This document shows, piece by piece, positions 35,820-49,322 of a stretch of 64,000 nt of DNA; the stretch's first letter is position 1, and every line of letters begins with the position of its first letter. The DNA is taken from contig NC_087437.1 in NCBI RefSeq assembly GCF_036321535.1, positions 116,438,001-116,502,000 on the forward strand. The letters are read 5' to 3'. This stretch comes from Camelus dromedarius (Eukaryota). The translations under genes were made by a program, and so were the position numbers. The notes beneath the pieces are model-generated. The model did not search any database. It saw only the letters and a program-made list of their open reading frames with translations, and was not told where the DNA came from.

Positions 35820-36690
35820 CCCTTGGGGAGGAGTGGTCCTCACCGAGGAGGTGGCATTAAGTTAAAACGTGCACAACAAATAGAAGCCATTGACAGATGC
35901 AGAAAAGCAGCCCTCCGGATGAGAGCCCAGCTAGTTCAATATTCCTGAGTCAGATGCAAGTTTGGCACATCAGAGAGACAGAATACTGGAGCACAGTGAG
36001 CCAGGGCAGAGTGCTTTCATCTGGTGTCTGCAGAGTGGGCAAGACCCTGAGGAGTCTGGGCTCATCCCCAGTATGGCGGGAAGCCACTGGGGCTGCAGAT
36101 GAACTAGAGAGCGCGTGATTGACCCTCAAGGCTCTCCAGCTCTCAAGGCTCTCCAGCTGCTGCGTAAAGGAGAGCTTTGTCAACACGCACCAAGGGAAGC
36201 TGCGAGAGCCCGGCTAATTAAGATCTACTGCATCAATCCAGGTGAAGGATGATGGAGCAGGGGCCACGGGTGGAAGAGCTGACAGGCCTGGCTGATACAC
36301 TGGACGCAGAGAGTAAAGAGAAGAATCAGTGATGATTTGTGGTTTCTGAATGTTTTGTTTTATTGCATGGCCTGAGCAAAGGGGAAAATAGTGTTTCCAC
36401 TTTACAGAGATGAGGGGGACTTGGAGAATACAAGTTTAGGGAAGACAGGTCAGGATCGTACTTAAGGTTGAAGTTGTTCATGGATATGGATGGTGAGATA
36501 CCAGTTAAGAGATGGTTATAAACAGGGAGGGAAGATTGGGAGTCATTGAAATTTGGGGGGGAGGGTATTTAAGCCTTGTGACTGGATCATATTTTTTTAG
36601 GGGGGAGGTGAATGGAGACAAGATGATTAAAGCTGAGCCTTGGGACTGTCCACCACTTAGAAGCTGAGCAGTAAAAGAAGAGCCAGCCTA
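35820..36690 (-). mobile_element. L2 LINE remnant
   Basis: gatctactgcatcaatccaggtgaaggatgatgg...aagagaagaatcagtgatgatt...gctgagccttgggactgtcccacc. Confidence 0.7.
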
Positions 36691-38879
36691 TGACTCAGGG
36701 TAGCGCAGGAGGACTTCCATGCAGCCCTGAATGCCCATCAGAGATTTGTGGTCCCAAATGCAGAGTGAGACCAGACAGCATGGTTCTGTATATTTTCTCA
36801 GGCAACATTCAGCAGCTCAAAGTGCAGCCACTAACTACATATGGAGCCAAGCCCTCGGCCAGACACCATAAAACCTCACTAGATGTCTATTATTAGCTGA
36901 ATTTTACAGCTGAAGGTACGGAGGCCCAAAGTAATTAAGTAATGTGCCCACAGTCACAGTAAGCTGAGATGTCATTTAGGGGATAGTTCTAATTAGGGCG
37001 GTAAGAATGGGAATCACCAACCCCGAAGCAAAGCCTTTCTCACTCCGTACTTCATATCCTTAAACGCTGTTCTAATGCTACCTCCCCAGAGGATGGGTGG
37101 GGTCGTACTCTGGGACAAAAGCAGCTCACAAAAAGGAAACTTACCAGAAAGGTACAAAGTGAGGAACTTAACAGCCACGTTCAGGGTTCTTAGGAAAGGT
37201 TTCCTCCATTTAATACAACACAGTTCAGCACAGTGAGACGAATAAAATGAGAGAAGAGAATGATACAAATGAAGGTCATTGAATTTGTTTGCAAGAAATC
37301 ACAATTCAGCTTTTGAATTCTGGAAACTGAAATAGGGAACAACTTAAGCAATGTTTTGGGAATTTGCAGCTCAAATTAGCACAAAGATGACCAGGCTCCT
37401 CTGAGCAGACAGGAGTCAGACTACCTGGAGCTCCAGGCGATTATGACCAGGTAAGCATTAAAAGCTCTCTAGGGGGATATTTTCAGATCCAGATACCCTT
37501 ACCTGTGGTGCTCTTGATCTGGTATTCGCAATGTATATCTGAATATTAAGAAGTGGTATAAGCCTGGCCTGTTTTTCATATGTAAATTTTGGCAAAATGT
37601 AATTAATCAAATTAAAAGGTATAAAATAAGATATGCATTTTTTTCTCAAACATAAGATTTACTTCTAAAGTAATGGTCTTTACAAAATATGCACTTTTGG
37701 TTTCCCTTTTCTTAGTATCTATAAATTTACTAATAAAAGGTTTTATCTTGATTTACTTACATTTGAAAAGATGGATTATATTGGTGTGGCAAGAAGCGGA
37801 TACCAGAAATTAAAAATCCATACATGAATTGCCTTCTCTTTTTTGCAATATGACAAATGACTGTGTGAAGTAACAATCAATAAAAGCTGTTTGAAAGTTA
37901 TAAAGTGGATTTGGCCGTAACTGCCCTACTAGCAATGGTAAAATGCCCCAACTATGTTTAATTATCAGTTTATAGTGCAGCTCAAGCATGTCAAAATATT
38001 TCATTTTAATCAAGCAATTATCTGTATGTGGCTTCATTTTACAATGTGGAAGTTCGATCAGTTATTCCCAAGGTATTTATCAAAGTTCAACAGCAGCCCT
38101 GTCTCATAAATCAATTTCCAACCAGACAAAAGGAATAAGCAAATTCTTGTTTGTGTCAGGATTTTCCAAGCCGATCCCAAAGACAGAGCTATTACTCTCA
38201 TGTGAATTTCCAGTAAAAATCTGAGCAATCTTGCTCCGACCATCTGTTTAGATACAATATGATGGAAATAAAACAACCCAAAAAAGAAGGTATAAGCCCT
38301 ATTAGACTATTTCCTTTGGACATAAAACGTGTTTGGGGAAGAAATGAGTTGCTCCATATGAGCTAGGGTAGTTATTTCTTACGTGGGAGCGACTTTGGCT
38401 GCACAAGATGCTTTATCAAAGGAGGCTTTGTGTTCGGGGCAGCCCAGATTTCCACTCAAAATCTTTTCATTCGATGCCATTGCATCACAGGCTTCCAGGT
38501 TCCCTCCCTAAAGGGCCTATAGTTCTTAACAAACACACCTAGGCAGCGGGGAGGGCAGGCTGAAAATAGTGTGGGTGGATGCGCCGATCCTGTCTGCATT
38601 TCCCAAGCAGCTGCTGCCTGGGCATTTGGTATCTTAAAAGTCGGTTGTCTATCCAATAGTCGGTTGTCTACTGCAGATAAATAATCCATTATGTTCTCCC
38701 TGTGCCTTTTCACAGAATCCAGAGAGTGCTGTTCTTGTTGCTATATCTTATATAACACCCAGTCTGTACTTATAATAAACATTCTAATGAGTAGCTGTCA
38801 CTGACATCTCCCCCAAAATACTCAGGAAAAAAAAATTTTCTAAGAAAACATCTCTTCACTATTTTATCCAAAGAGTGGT

Positions 38880-39112
38880 ACTGGTTATTACAATTATGGT
38901 ATAAACACTACTAAGTTATCATATGCCAGGAATCCCAGTAAATGCTTTGTGTACATTAATCATTCATCTTTAATTCTTACCACAATCCTCTGAACTGGAT
39001 GCTATTCTTCCCATTTTACAGATGAAGAAACTGAGGCTGGGACAGGCTAAGTCCTTTATCCAGAGTCAGAAAGTAAGAGGCAGGGCCAGAGTTACAACAA
39101 AGAGCTCTCTGA
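38880..39112 (-). mobile_element. MIR SINE
   Basis: cccattttacagatgaagaaactgaggct core, preceded by atgccagg...aaatgcttt. Confidence 0.85.
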
Positions 39113-42054
39113 CCACGGAACTAGTGGTCGTCCTGAATTGCGCCTCTGGGCTACCAACCCGGGTTAGTGTTCTGTGTCTGATTCTCACTCCATCCATTAG
39201 CGTAATTCTCAGTAAAGTCCCAGTTACCCATGTGGAATACTCATCTACATCCAGCCCAATTTGCTACTGGATTTCAATGTTATTTCATATGAAAACAATC
39301 AATAACAGAAAGGGCCTGGATCTGTTTTCAAAAACACAATTTGAAAGGAATTCATGCCGAAAGCTCCAAGAAGCCCAGTCATCTCCGACCAGCACCCTGG
39401 AAGGGCTTCTCAGCTACCTTCATTCTCCTTTGGACGCCTCCATCCATCTAAAAATACACGGCTGGTTCCTCCGGCTCAGAAACAGAAACAGAGTCCCAGT
39501 GTCCAAAAGCAAAGCTGTACTTTTAAGAGGCATTCTGTTTTTGTAGGTGTTCAAGGATTTGGAATCAAAGCAACAGAATTATTCAAATTAATCCAATTTT
39601 CTTTCATTTGTTTTGGTAGTTCAACCCTCTCAAAGATACACTTTTGGAAGGCACCATTCGACCCAACCATTTACAAATCAAAGCTTTCTTTGGAATCCCT
39701 GAGACCTAACCCGAGCTAGACAGTGACACTGCCAGCTCTGGAGTCCTCCCCACTGTCAGGAATATGGAAGCACTATTTGACTTGTGCTCACATTCAATTA
39801 CAGTGTCAAAAATCTACCTTAAATGGCTTTAATCCACTGCCAAAACTGTGAGTCTTTCTGGCTGGAATTTCTATAAACAAAGAATAAATTCAAGTATGTC
39901 ACCAAGTGGCAGCAACTTGTTGACCACCGGACCAGGAAGCGTTACACAACCACAGCTGGCTGGGAGGCGAGTCGATGCCTCGTATACGTGACTCTTTGCT
40001 GCTCATTTCAAACGGCTCATCAACAGAACCGGCACAGAACTAAATGAGCTCCTGCACTGAAATCCCTCAGCCTCAGCCACCCAAAGGCACAGAGCTGCAA
40101 CAAAACTGCCGCTGACTCTCCCGGCTCCATTTCAGAGCATTTTTAGAAACATCATTGCACAGTTAAACAGTAAGAAGCAAGAGAATCCTTGATAACAAAA
40201 CATCCCATTACTAGAAACTCCAAAATACAGAAGAGGTGAGAGAGGTTAGGTTTTCTTTAGTGAGGTTGAGGTGGAGAAGACACGGGTTCCCCAGAGCAAG
40301 GAATTCCGGCGGCAGAAACAGCGTTCTTCATTTTGGAAATGTTTCCAAGTCTAATGGGTGACCTCCCAGGCCGACCTGAGCACTTCTGAAAATAACTTCT
40401 GAAAATAACTTCTGAAATGCTCCTGCAAGAGACTTCCCAAGACTCCTCTGTTTGAAATTCTTCTTAAAAGTACAGAACGAATGCAAAACGAAGGACTCGT
40501 GCTAATTTCAAAGAACGAGACCACCAGTCATAAATTAAGAATCCATCGGAGAAGGAGTGAGAGCTGCTTTGGACACAGAACCACTGTTGAAAGGAGTGGA
40601 GCTTGATGCAGCATTAACAGCACATGTAATTACTGAAAAGAGATCAGAAAATGAATTTGAAAAACTGAAAGGGAAATTTATTTCAGATATTGCAAGAAAA
40701 TGAGGAAAGACAACCTAAGAGGGGTCTTAAGACCCAAGTCTGCTGGTGTGATGTGAGGATCCTGGCAGAAGAGGTGACACCACCCACATCTCCTCCCTGG
40801 CTCCCATTCCACCACCTCTCCTGGACAGTAGTCCTCGATCAGGTCCCCCCCTACTTTCTCCGAGAGAGGCTATGTTCACATCCACCTCTTAGACTGATGC
40901 CTTCACAGCTACCCGAGCCCTGACACCCCTCGAGACTCAGATCTGTACCTCCAAATGCCTGCCAGATGTCTCACCTTCAATGAAACGTGATCCGGACCCA
41001 GTGCAGAGGTCTCCCCGGTGCTTTCCCTCCGGCGTTCTTCCCACCCTCAAGTCAAGATTCTAGCGGCTGTTTGAGAGCCATCTCATGGCCTCAGCCCCAC
41101 GGTCCAGTCCACCCTCAAGATCCCACTGACTTTCCCTCCTATGTGTTGTTATTTAACTGACTTCAGCCAGGATAGCTTCTTAGAGGGGAGGAGAGGCACA
41201 GTTATATTAAGGGGAAAACTGATCTCTGTACATCTGTCAGATCCTAGAACTGGCAAAGGAGAGGGAGAAAGCAAGCCTGAAATGGCAGCATATTCACCAT
41301 TCCTTAGCGATCACACCTTTGATTGAGACACGGGTCTGTGGGTATAAGGTTGACTGGGAGCCAACTGAGCCGATGAGGGGTTGAGCAAACATCGAGCTGG
41401 ATTCTTCCGTGAGGCAGTGATGTTAACAGGGATACACTGGACTCCAGTCTTTGAAAAGAATACTGTTTCGACTCTTGTCGGGGAACGGGAACTCCGGGGT
41501 GGGAGAGGGCGTGAATTCAGAGATGGGGGGATTGTACCAGGAGTCCGGAAGCAGGGAGGCTGTGGTCCGTGACATACACAGATGCTGTGCAAAGCGAGGC
41601 ACTGCGGAAACTCAGGGAAAGGGGACGCTCTCTCCTCTGGGGCGTGGCTGGAGGACAGGGACTGAATGTCAAGGAAAGTGAAATAATCCATGAATGGACC
41701 AAATTCCCTAGAAGCAGGAACCCAGAGCCAGAGGTGATTAGGAGGAAAATGGACGCTCCACTCTGCACCTCTCTCCCTCTCCCTTCCTCTCTCTCACCTA
41801 ATAAATCCATTTCCAGAATTTTATACTAGATAAATTACATGTATCTACTATAATATTAATCACAATTTTGTCTATGATAGTGAAAAACCAGAAACTACCT
41901 AAAAGAGTCAAACTAGCGCTGTGAGAATATAGTAGAGCCTTTACTATGTCATAGGAGACTACGTCAGGGCAGAAGATACGATTATATAGATAAACAAATA
42001 GAGCACTAAATAAACCTCTCAGTTAAATATGCTTAATTTCAGCAATTTAAATCG

Positions 42055-42172
42055 TTTCAATTTTATTTTTAAAATAAATGTATGTTATGTTCTTATAATT
42101 TATATTATATAATTAATTAAATATAATTATATTTAATTATGTAATTTAATTAAAATAAGTTTCTATATTAAC
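42055..42172. repeat. AT-rich low-complexity tract
   Basis: Over 90% A/T (ttatattatataattaattaaatataattatatttaatt). Confidence 0.85.
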
Positions 42173-43416
42173 TAGACGACTAATACCTAAAAATAATAGG
42201 TGTTATCTCCACAAGATGGGTCTAAGGGGGGGTTATTTTTCTTTTTATTAACTTTATTTCCTAAAATATCTACCACTATTAACTTTGTAATGAAAAAGTT
42301 ACTTTTTTAAAGAAAAAAAAGCAGTTATACGAACATTATTAGGACACATGAAAGAAAAAAAAATCAAGCATTATGCTAAGAGTTGGAAATTTTTACGTTA
42401 GGCATTCTGTTCAAGTGAAGCTGTAGCCTTTGAGAAAGTTCCTAGTTCAGAGCATCTTTTTAGACAAAGTAACCAGAGAAACAGGAGGACAGAGTTTTTA
42501 CCATCTATGAAGCAATCCAGAAATAAGAAGAGAGTCCATTTACCTACATCCTCAGACTTGAGGGTCATTTTCCATGAGGGACAACCAAGCAACAAAACGA
42601 GCAGCGCGCTTGGGAGGACTTGTCCGAGACGGCCACAGACACCAAAGGCATGGTCTGCCCCACACTGGCTCTCGGTGAAATCCAGGGGCACAACAACCAA
42701 CCGAAGTCGTGCGAAGGAAAGTCACCGAGGCGGGGGACAGAGCGTGGACCGGTCCTGGGGGAGGGCAGAGCTGCTCAGAACGCGATCTGCAAAGCAGCAG
42801 CAGCAGCACCGCTGGGGGGCTGGATGGAGGTGAGAGGCGCGGCTCCCTCGAAACCTGGGGCTCCCACCCCCTTTCCCATCGGAATCAGCATTTCCGAGGA
42901 AGGTCAGGAAACCGCGTTTTAATACGCCCTCGTCTGGAAACCCCTGTGGTAGGCAGCTTCCTGCCTGCTCAGGACACGGATGATGCTTAGTGAATGCTGA
43001 GGAGTGACTCCTGAAATCATTCCTTAGAATGTCGAGTTCCCAGCCAGGACGCCACAGAGCTGATGAGGGACAGGACTGTGGACCCAAGGGAGGGTCTGAA
43101 GAGGACTGCTCTTGATTGAAAGGTGGCCCACGGTGTTTGCCGCTTCTGCTCTTCTTCAGTGGAGCTCACCCCCAGCTCCATCTCTTGGAGGGACACCAGA
43201 GACAGAGCTGGAACTTTCCATTAAGAGCAGAGTCTGTCAAAGACCAAAGGACGACTCAATACCGTGTGAACCGCCTTGCCAGGAAAAGCTTTGAGCTCAG
43301 GGGTTACTAAACAACCATATTTGTCACGTGTGGGTTTTGTGGGATTATCTTCAACAGGCCAACGAGTTAGGCACAACACGGAGCTCCTAAGTGACTTCAC
43401 TTCCACCAGGGCTGCA

Positions 43417-43630
43417 TGTTAGTTTTGTATGGATGCCACAACAAAGTACTCCAGGCTGGGGGCTTACACAACAGAAACGTATTGTCTCATGGTTCTGTTG
43501 GTTCCCTCTGAGGGTGTGAGGGAGAGTGTGTCCCCTGGTGGTCCCCCAGCTTCTGCTGGTTTGGTGGCATCTTTGGTGTTCCTTGGTTTGTAAAAGCATC
43601 ACCCACTCTCTTCCTTCACCTTCTCATGTG
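43417..43630 (-). mobile_element. MLT1-type LTR fragment
   Basis: gccacaacaaagtactccaggctgggggcttacacaacagaaacgtattgtctcatggttctg...ctttggtgttccttggtttgta. Confidence 0.8.
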
Positions 43631-43809
43631 GGTCCATGTGACAGACTCTGGCCACTGGACTGTGAACACATGTGAAGGATGTCACTGGTGCTCCAGGTAT
43701 CAAATAGAACACACAGACAGGTATGAGTTCTATGTGCTCTTCTTTCCCCTGCTACAGTGGGGTGGGGTGGCCCTGGAAGCCACGTGTTGATATGACAATA
43801 TCATAGGAT

Positions 43810-44375
43810 GCAGATGACTGGATAAAGAAGATGAGGAATATATACACAATGGAATACTACTCAGCTATAAAAAAGAATGAAATCATGCCATTTGCACCAA
43901 CATGGATGGACCTGGAGATGATCACACTAAGTGAAGTCAGACAGAGAAAGAGAAATATCCTATGATATCACTTATCATATATCATTGTCAACATTCCATA
44001 TATCTTGATATATGGACAGCCACATACATATATATATGACATCTTAAAAAAAAAGATACAACTGAACTTATTTACAAAACAGAAACAGACTCACAGATGT
44101 AGAGAACAAACTTATGGTTACCAAAGGGGAAGGAGGGAGGCTAAATTAGGAGTTTGGGATTAACAGATATACCCTACTATATATAAATTAAACAAACTAA
44201 AGATCCTTCTGTATAGCACAGGGCGCTATATTCAATACCCTGTAGTAAACTATAATAAAAAGAATATGAAAAGGAATATGTGTACGTGTTATCTATGACT
44301 AAAACATGATGCTGTACACCAGAAATTGACAGGACATTGTAAGCTGACTATACTTCAATAAAAAGAAAAGAAAAA
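43810..44375 (+). mobile_element. Lineage-specific L1 3' portion
   Basis: ggataaagaagatg...atggaatactactcagc...catggatggacctggag...ctgactatacttcaataaaa. Confidence 0.93.
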
Positions 44376-44424
44376 GATATATACTTTGAAAAAAAGTAAA
44401 AACCACTGGGAGATGAGAAATAGC

Positions 44425-45075
44425 TCTTTTTCGGTAGGGTGGTCAGAGCTGGGCTCTCTAGGGGTGAATCTGGGGCAGAGAGGGGACGAATGTGAGGGAG
44501 GCAGCCAGACAATTCACGGGGAAGAGTGCCCAGGGCCGTGGGAGCGCAGGGGCCCGAGGTGGGAATGAACGTGGACTGTTCTAGAACCAGTTAGAGCCAG
44601 TGCGGCTGCAGCAGAGTGCGCTGCTGGTGCCGGGAGGCAGGCTAGATGGTGCAGGGCCTTAGGAACATGCAAAGGAGTTTGGATTTTATTCAAACGGCTG
44701 AACAAGACATGGGATACTGTTCAGCAGACATACCACCCGATCTGCACTTTGAAGAAAACACTCTGACTTTTCGGTGAAGAGACTAGAAGGGCCAAGAGAG
44801 GAAGCGTGGGAGCAGGGGGACGAGTGACGGGCCATCTCAGAGTCCAAGAGGATGGCCTCGTGACTGGAATTCAGATGCAGTGGTGGAGGAGGTGAGGTGC
44901 GGACACCTGGGGATGTGCTTGGAAGGCAGAGCCTACAGAACATATTGATGGATTGGATGTGAGAGAAAGAGGAAACAACAATGCCAAGTTTTGGGGACTA
45001 AACATCTGAGTGAACGGGTGTCCCATTACTAAGATGGGTAGAACTGGGGTGGGGGAAAGCTAAGTGGGGGAGCAA
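44425..45075 (-). mobile_element. L2 LINE remnant
   Basis: aaggagtttggattttatt...ttggaaggcagagcctacagaacatattgatggattggatgtgagagaaagagg. Confidence 0.75.
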
Positions 45076-45096
45076 TCGATATCTTCTTAGAAACTA

Positions 45097-45627
45097 TGTC
45101 AACTATACCTCAGAAAGGAAGAACAGTCTGAGTCCATGTTACACCTGTTCCTTCAGCTCCAACCCTGGGCTCTGTTTCCTGTGCTGAGTCCTGCTGGTTC
45201 TGCACCTTTTGTAAAAGAATGTTGCCTGGAGCCTGAAATCTACAGGAGAGCCCATTCTCAAGGCTCTGACCTTTAAGAGTAAAAACACATTTCCATTCAC
45301 ATAGAGATAAAAAGCTGCAGAACAGAGAATAACATTTGTTTTGTTGGAGGTTTATGGGAACATCATGACCTGACCCACGTGGACAGCTGAAAGAACAAGG
45401 ATTCTGACTCCAAGACATTTGCAACAAGCAACCACGCTCCCTCCCCTTTTAGTACAAAAGGAGCCCAAAATCCGACTTGGGTAAGATGGGTCTCTAGGAC
45501 ATTAGTCCCCTCCTCTTCTCAGTCTGCTGGCTTTCTGAATAAAGTCATTATTCCTTGCCCCAACACCTCATCCCCCTTTTTATTTGCCTGTCATGCAGGG
45601 AGCAGGATGAGTTTGGACTCGGTAACA
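45097..45627 (+). mobile_element. ERV1 solo LTR (MER34-like)
   Basis: TG...CA termini, AATAAA at 45538-45543, and a 3' end ttccttgccccaacacctc...gagcaggatgagtttggactcggtaaca typical of MER34-type LTRs. No clear TSD. Confidence 0.75.
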
Positions 45628-48600
45628 ATATGAAGCAACAGAATATCAAATTAGAATCAAATATGTAACGTACTGATGGGTATCTTTAGTCCCTCTGTCA
45701 AGATACACATCATCACTTTACATATTTAGTCCTTTTAGGCAGTCTTGGTTCAGACAGAGATGGAGATACATACAAGCATGGATGCAGATGTATCACATTC
45801 TTTTTATTAAAAAGTCAAGTCATCGTTAACACTTTGGTGCCCATCCTTTCATAACTCTCTCCAAACCTAAAAATAAACACACATATAATCTTACACATAC
45901 AGACCCCGTATTGTACGTTGTTTTCATTTTGAGTGGCACATTCCATCACTGTCATTTCTGCAGAATAGGATTCCAGACTGTCTCTAACTTTATATTTTTG
46001 TGAATTATCTGCACTAATGTGCAAGTAACTATTTATATAACTAACCACACATACAAATGTAGTGAAGTTCTCCAGTAAATCTCTTCTCACACACATATAA
46101 AAGGATAGTCAAGTCAAAGTAGGGAGAAATAGGCTCTCATGACACATTGTGGGTGACTCAGAGAGAGCACCCCACAGTTTAAGACACTCTGCTACTTGGA
46201 TCAAATCTGAAAGATCACATTTACTTTTAGTTTTTACTATTTAAGTAGTCTGACCAGCACAGAAGGAAGCGATGGTATTTTACAAAGTGATGCTAGTGCT
46301 GGGAACACATCCACCAGGGAACAGCCAGGATGGTACAAGAAATAGAACCCATGGGAGAGGACAGGGGAGGAAACCAGGGGCACTGTGTTGGGAAAGAAAA
46401 AAAAAAAAATGAGGCTCAGAGGGAGGCAGAGTATGTTGTCTTCAAATACCTAAAAGGTTCCACTTAAAAAAGGAATTTGCTTACTCTTTGGGTTTCAGTG
46501 GTTCTGGAGGGTCTATCTAAGACCAAAGGATGAACTGTTCAGAAAGGCCAAAAGGTTCCCCTAGGAGCAGAAAGAGGCAAGAGAAGGTCGCGTGCCATCT
46601 GTGAGGATTCTGTTGGGGAGAGTCCTCCCCCAGGTGAGGGGTGGGCAGGTACAGCTCTCAGTTCCCTCCACCCCTGATCTACGTTGTTAGTTCCCTGGAG
46701 AGGAGACCACGTCATTTCCTTGACTCTCTCATCCATGGGCAGTCACATATTCAACTAGTACGTGGCGTTCCTGACGACAGTGACGGAGGCTGGAGAGTGA
46801 CCTTTTTCAAGATGGTGGATTTGACTTCAATTGGATTCTTTTGTAGTTTTCTAGCTTCTAAGGGAGAAGCTGAAAACGCAGAGACCTGCGAGAGCAAAGA
46901 TCTTCAAAGTCCCTTCAAGGTTTAGAACCGAGGGTTTTCTGGTTATGTCTAAACACAAAAATTCTCACCTCAGAAAATGCTCACAGTATTTAACATTTAG
47001 CTCGAAAGGACCAGTAGGGCTCCATTTGCCCGCTGCTGACCTCCAGCCCATGCTCAGCTGTCACACCCAAAGAACAATGACTGGGCCACAGGCGTGGACA
47101 TTAATAATAAACCATCGTCATCGAGGCCCTTCTTTAACTGGGGGAGCGGGTTTCGGATGTGGCCTTCCTTCAGCAAGGATAAATGGAGGGCAGCATCTGA
47201 GCACGTGTGGCTCACAGGACAGTCGGTCGGAAAGCGCGCTGCGCCTGCCCTAACACATCTGGTGACCAGGGGTGCGAACTCCCCAGGGAAGGGGTGTCAA
47301 GGCGTCGTTATTCAAAGTGACCCCTCCTCCCCGCAAATCGGGATAATCAGAAACAGTTCACAAATAAAGTAAGCCCTAAGAGTCTTCATCGTCTCTTGGT
47401 GCCCTCCCCCGCCTGGTGACATCATTCGACATGTGGCCACACGACAGTTCTTCCAGGACTTTCCTTCCCCCCAAGACTGGGATCTGGCTACAGGCTAAAA
47501 TTACCACTTAAAGCAAGGATTGACCCTTCCTTGACGTTCTGAGGAAGGATCCGTGTAAACAGCTCCCCTTACCCCTCGGACTCGCCCAGGGTAAAAACCT
47601 CTGCTTTGCGTTGGGAAGACAGGTTCTTCCTCAGCTGATAACAGACTTTTTTTGAAACCTAAATGAATAGAGATGCCGTTTTTAATTCTTCGGTAAGTCT
47701 GGCTCGGCTCTATGAAAGCAATTGCTACGTTATATGTAGAACAGGGGCAAACAAATCTCGAGGGATTAAAAATCGTGTTCTTGTGGTTTTCTTTTAAAAG
47801 CTGCAAATTTGAATTCAACTTTTAAAAAATCATGGCAAAGGGACAAAATAAGAACAAACAAAGCTGGGAAAAACCGTCTGTACCAGTCTTCCGAGTCAAG
47901 TGCTGCTGTGTGAGCATGTTTCCAATTACACACGACGGCTCGGGGAGCGCTGGGAGGCAAGGGCAGGCAGAAGCCGAGCGCAGGCCACTCCGCAGAACCC
48001 ATACCAGAAAAAGCCTCACAGGGTCATTCTTTCATGTAAAACAACCACAGACAATCAGTTCATTAAAAAGAAAAAACTTACGTAAAAAAGAAAAATATTA
48101 TGATATGATTTTTCTCTTTTGCCTCTCACTGCAAAGCCAAGTTTGGGTTAGTGTAAGAAGAATAAATATTTTGTATCTTCCTAGTTGCTTTTAGAACCAC
48201 AGTAAGTCTAGACAATCCTGGATAAGAAACAGGGAGGTTTTCTTCCCATTATTCACAGACACAGACGACAACCGATGATAATTGGACACAGGGAAGTTTT
48301 GACAAGATGAACTGTTAATATGTGAGTCAAATGTGCTCATTTCTGGCTTTAGGAGAAAAACAAATACCAATTTTTTTCCACATAATAAAGACCCAATAGC
48401 CAGAGATGAAGAGAGTATTCAGGGGAAAATGTGTTCGTGGGCTTCCATTTCACCTGATGGAAGATAATTCCTGGAGTCGTTACAAAAGGTTATTTCACAA
48501 AACTGAAAGAAGTCTCCACGTCTGTATTATCCCTTCATCTGAAATAAGTCTAGTTTGGAAACAGGTGACTCTTTGGAGAGGAGTCTAAAGGGGGAGCTTT

Positions 48601-48918
48601 ACGGGAAAGGCTGGAGTAACGGGGGAAGCTTCAGGGACTGGGCTGAGGAGAGCAGCTCCAAGAAGAGATTTCGCTCGTCCCTCACTGTGCTGAAGCTGAG
48701 AACGGACCACCTGTCCTCTCAGGTACTTTGACCAGCAGGAACCTTTGATGACATCGCCTTCAACACACTCTCAGCTCCCTCCAAACGCCACACACCTGCA
48801 AGGCAGGGACCTCTACAGATATTCAAGCTATCACCTCGACCATCTCCTTGGTGATTTCACGTGAGGGAGACTCAAAAGAAATATAAAGGAGTCAAATTAA
48901 AAATTACATCACTAGAAG

Positions 48919-49322
48919 CCAGAAACAGAAAGAAAAATACCATCTGATATCACTTCTTTGTGGAATCTAAAAAATAGACACAAATGAACTTATTCATAGA
49001 ACAGAAATAGATTTACAGACACAGAAAACAAACTTATGGTGACCAGGGGGAATGGGGTGGGAAGGGATAAACTGGGAACTCAAGATTTGCAGATACAAAT
49101 GACTATCTATAAAACAGATACACAACAAAGTCTTACTGTACAGCACAGGGAACTATATTCAGTACCCTGTAGTAAGCTATAATGAAAAAGAATATGAAAA
49201 GGAATCTATGTATGTATATGGATGACTGAAACAATATGCTGTACACCAGAAATTGACACAACATTGTAAAATGACTATACTTCAATAGAAGAAGTGATAA
49301 AAAATGACAAAAAAATAAAATA
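48919..49322 (+). mobile_element. Lineage-specific L1 3' end
   Basis: gccagaaacagaaagaaaaatacca...gctgtacaccagaaattgacacaacattgtaaaatgactatacttcaat. Confidence 0.92.

Noticed and set aside
42809..42822. CTCF-like CCGCTGGGGGGCTG
   Set aside because: Mismatches at informative core positions, and such matches are expected by chance in GC-rich sequence.
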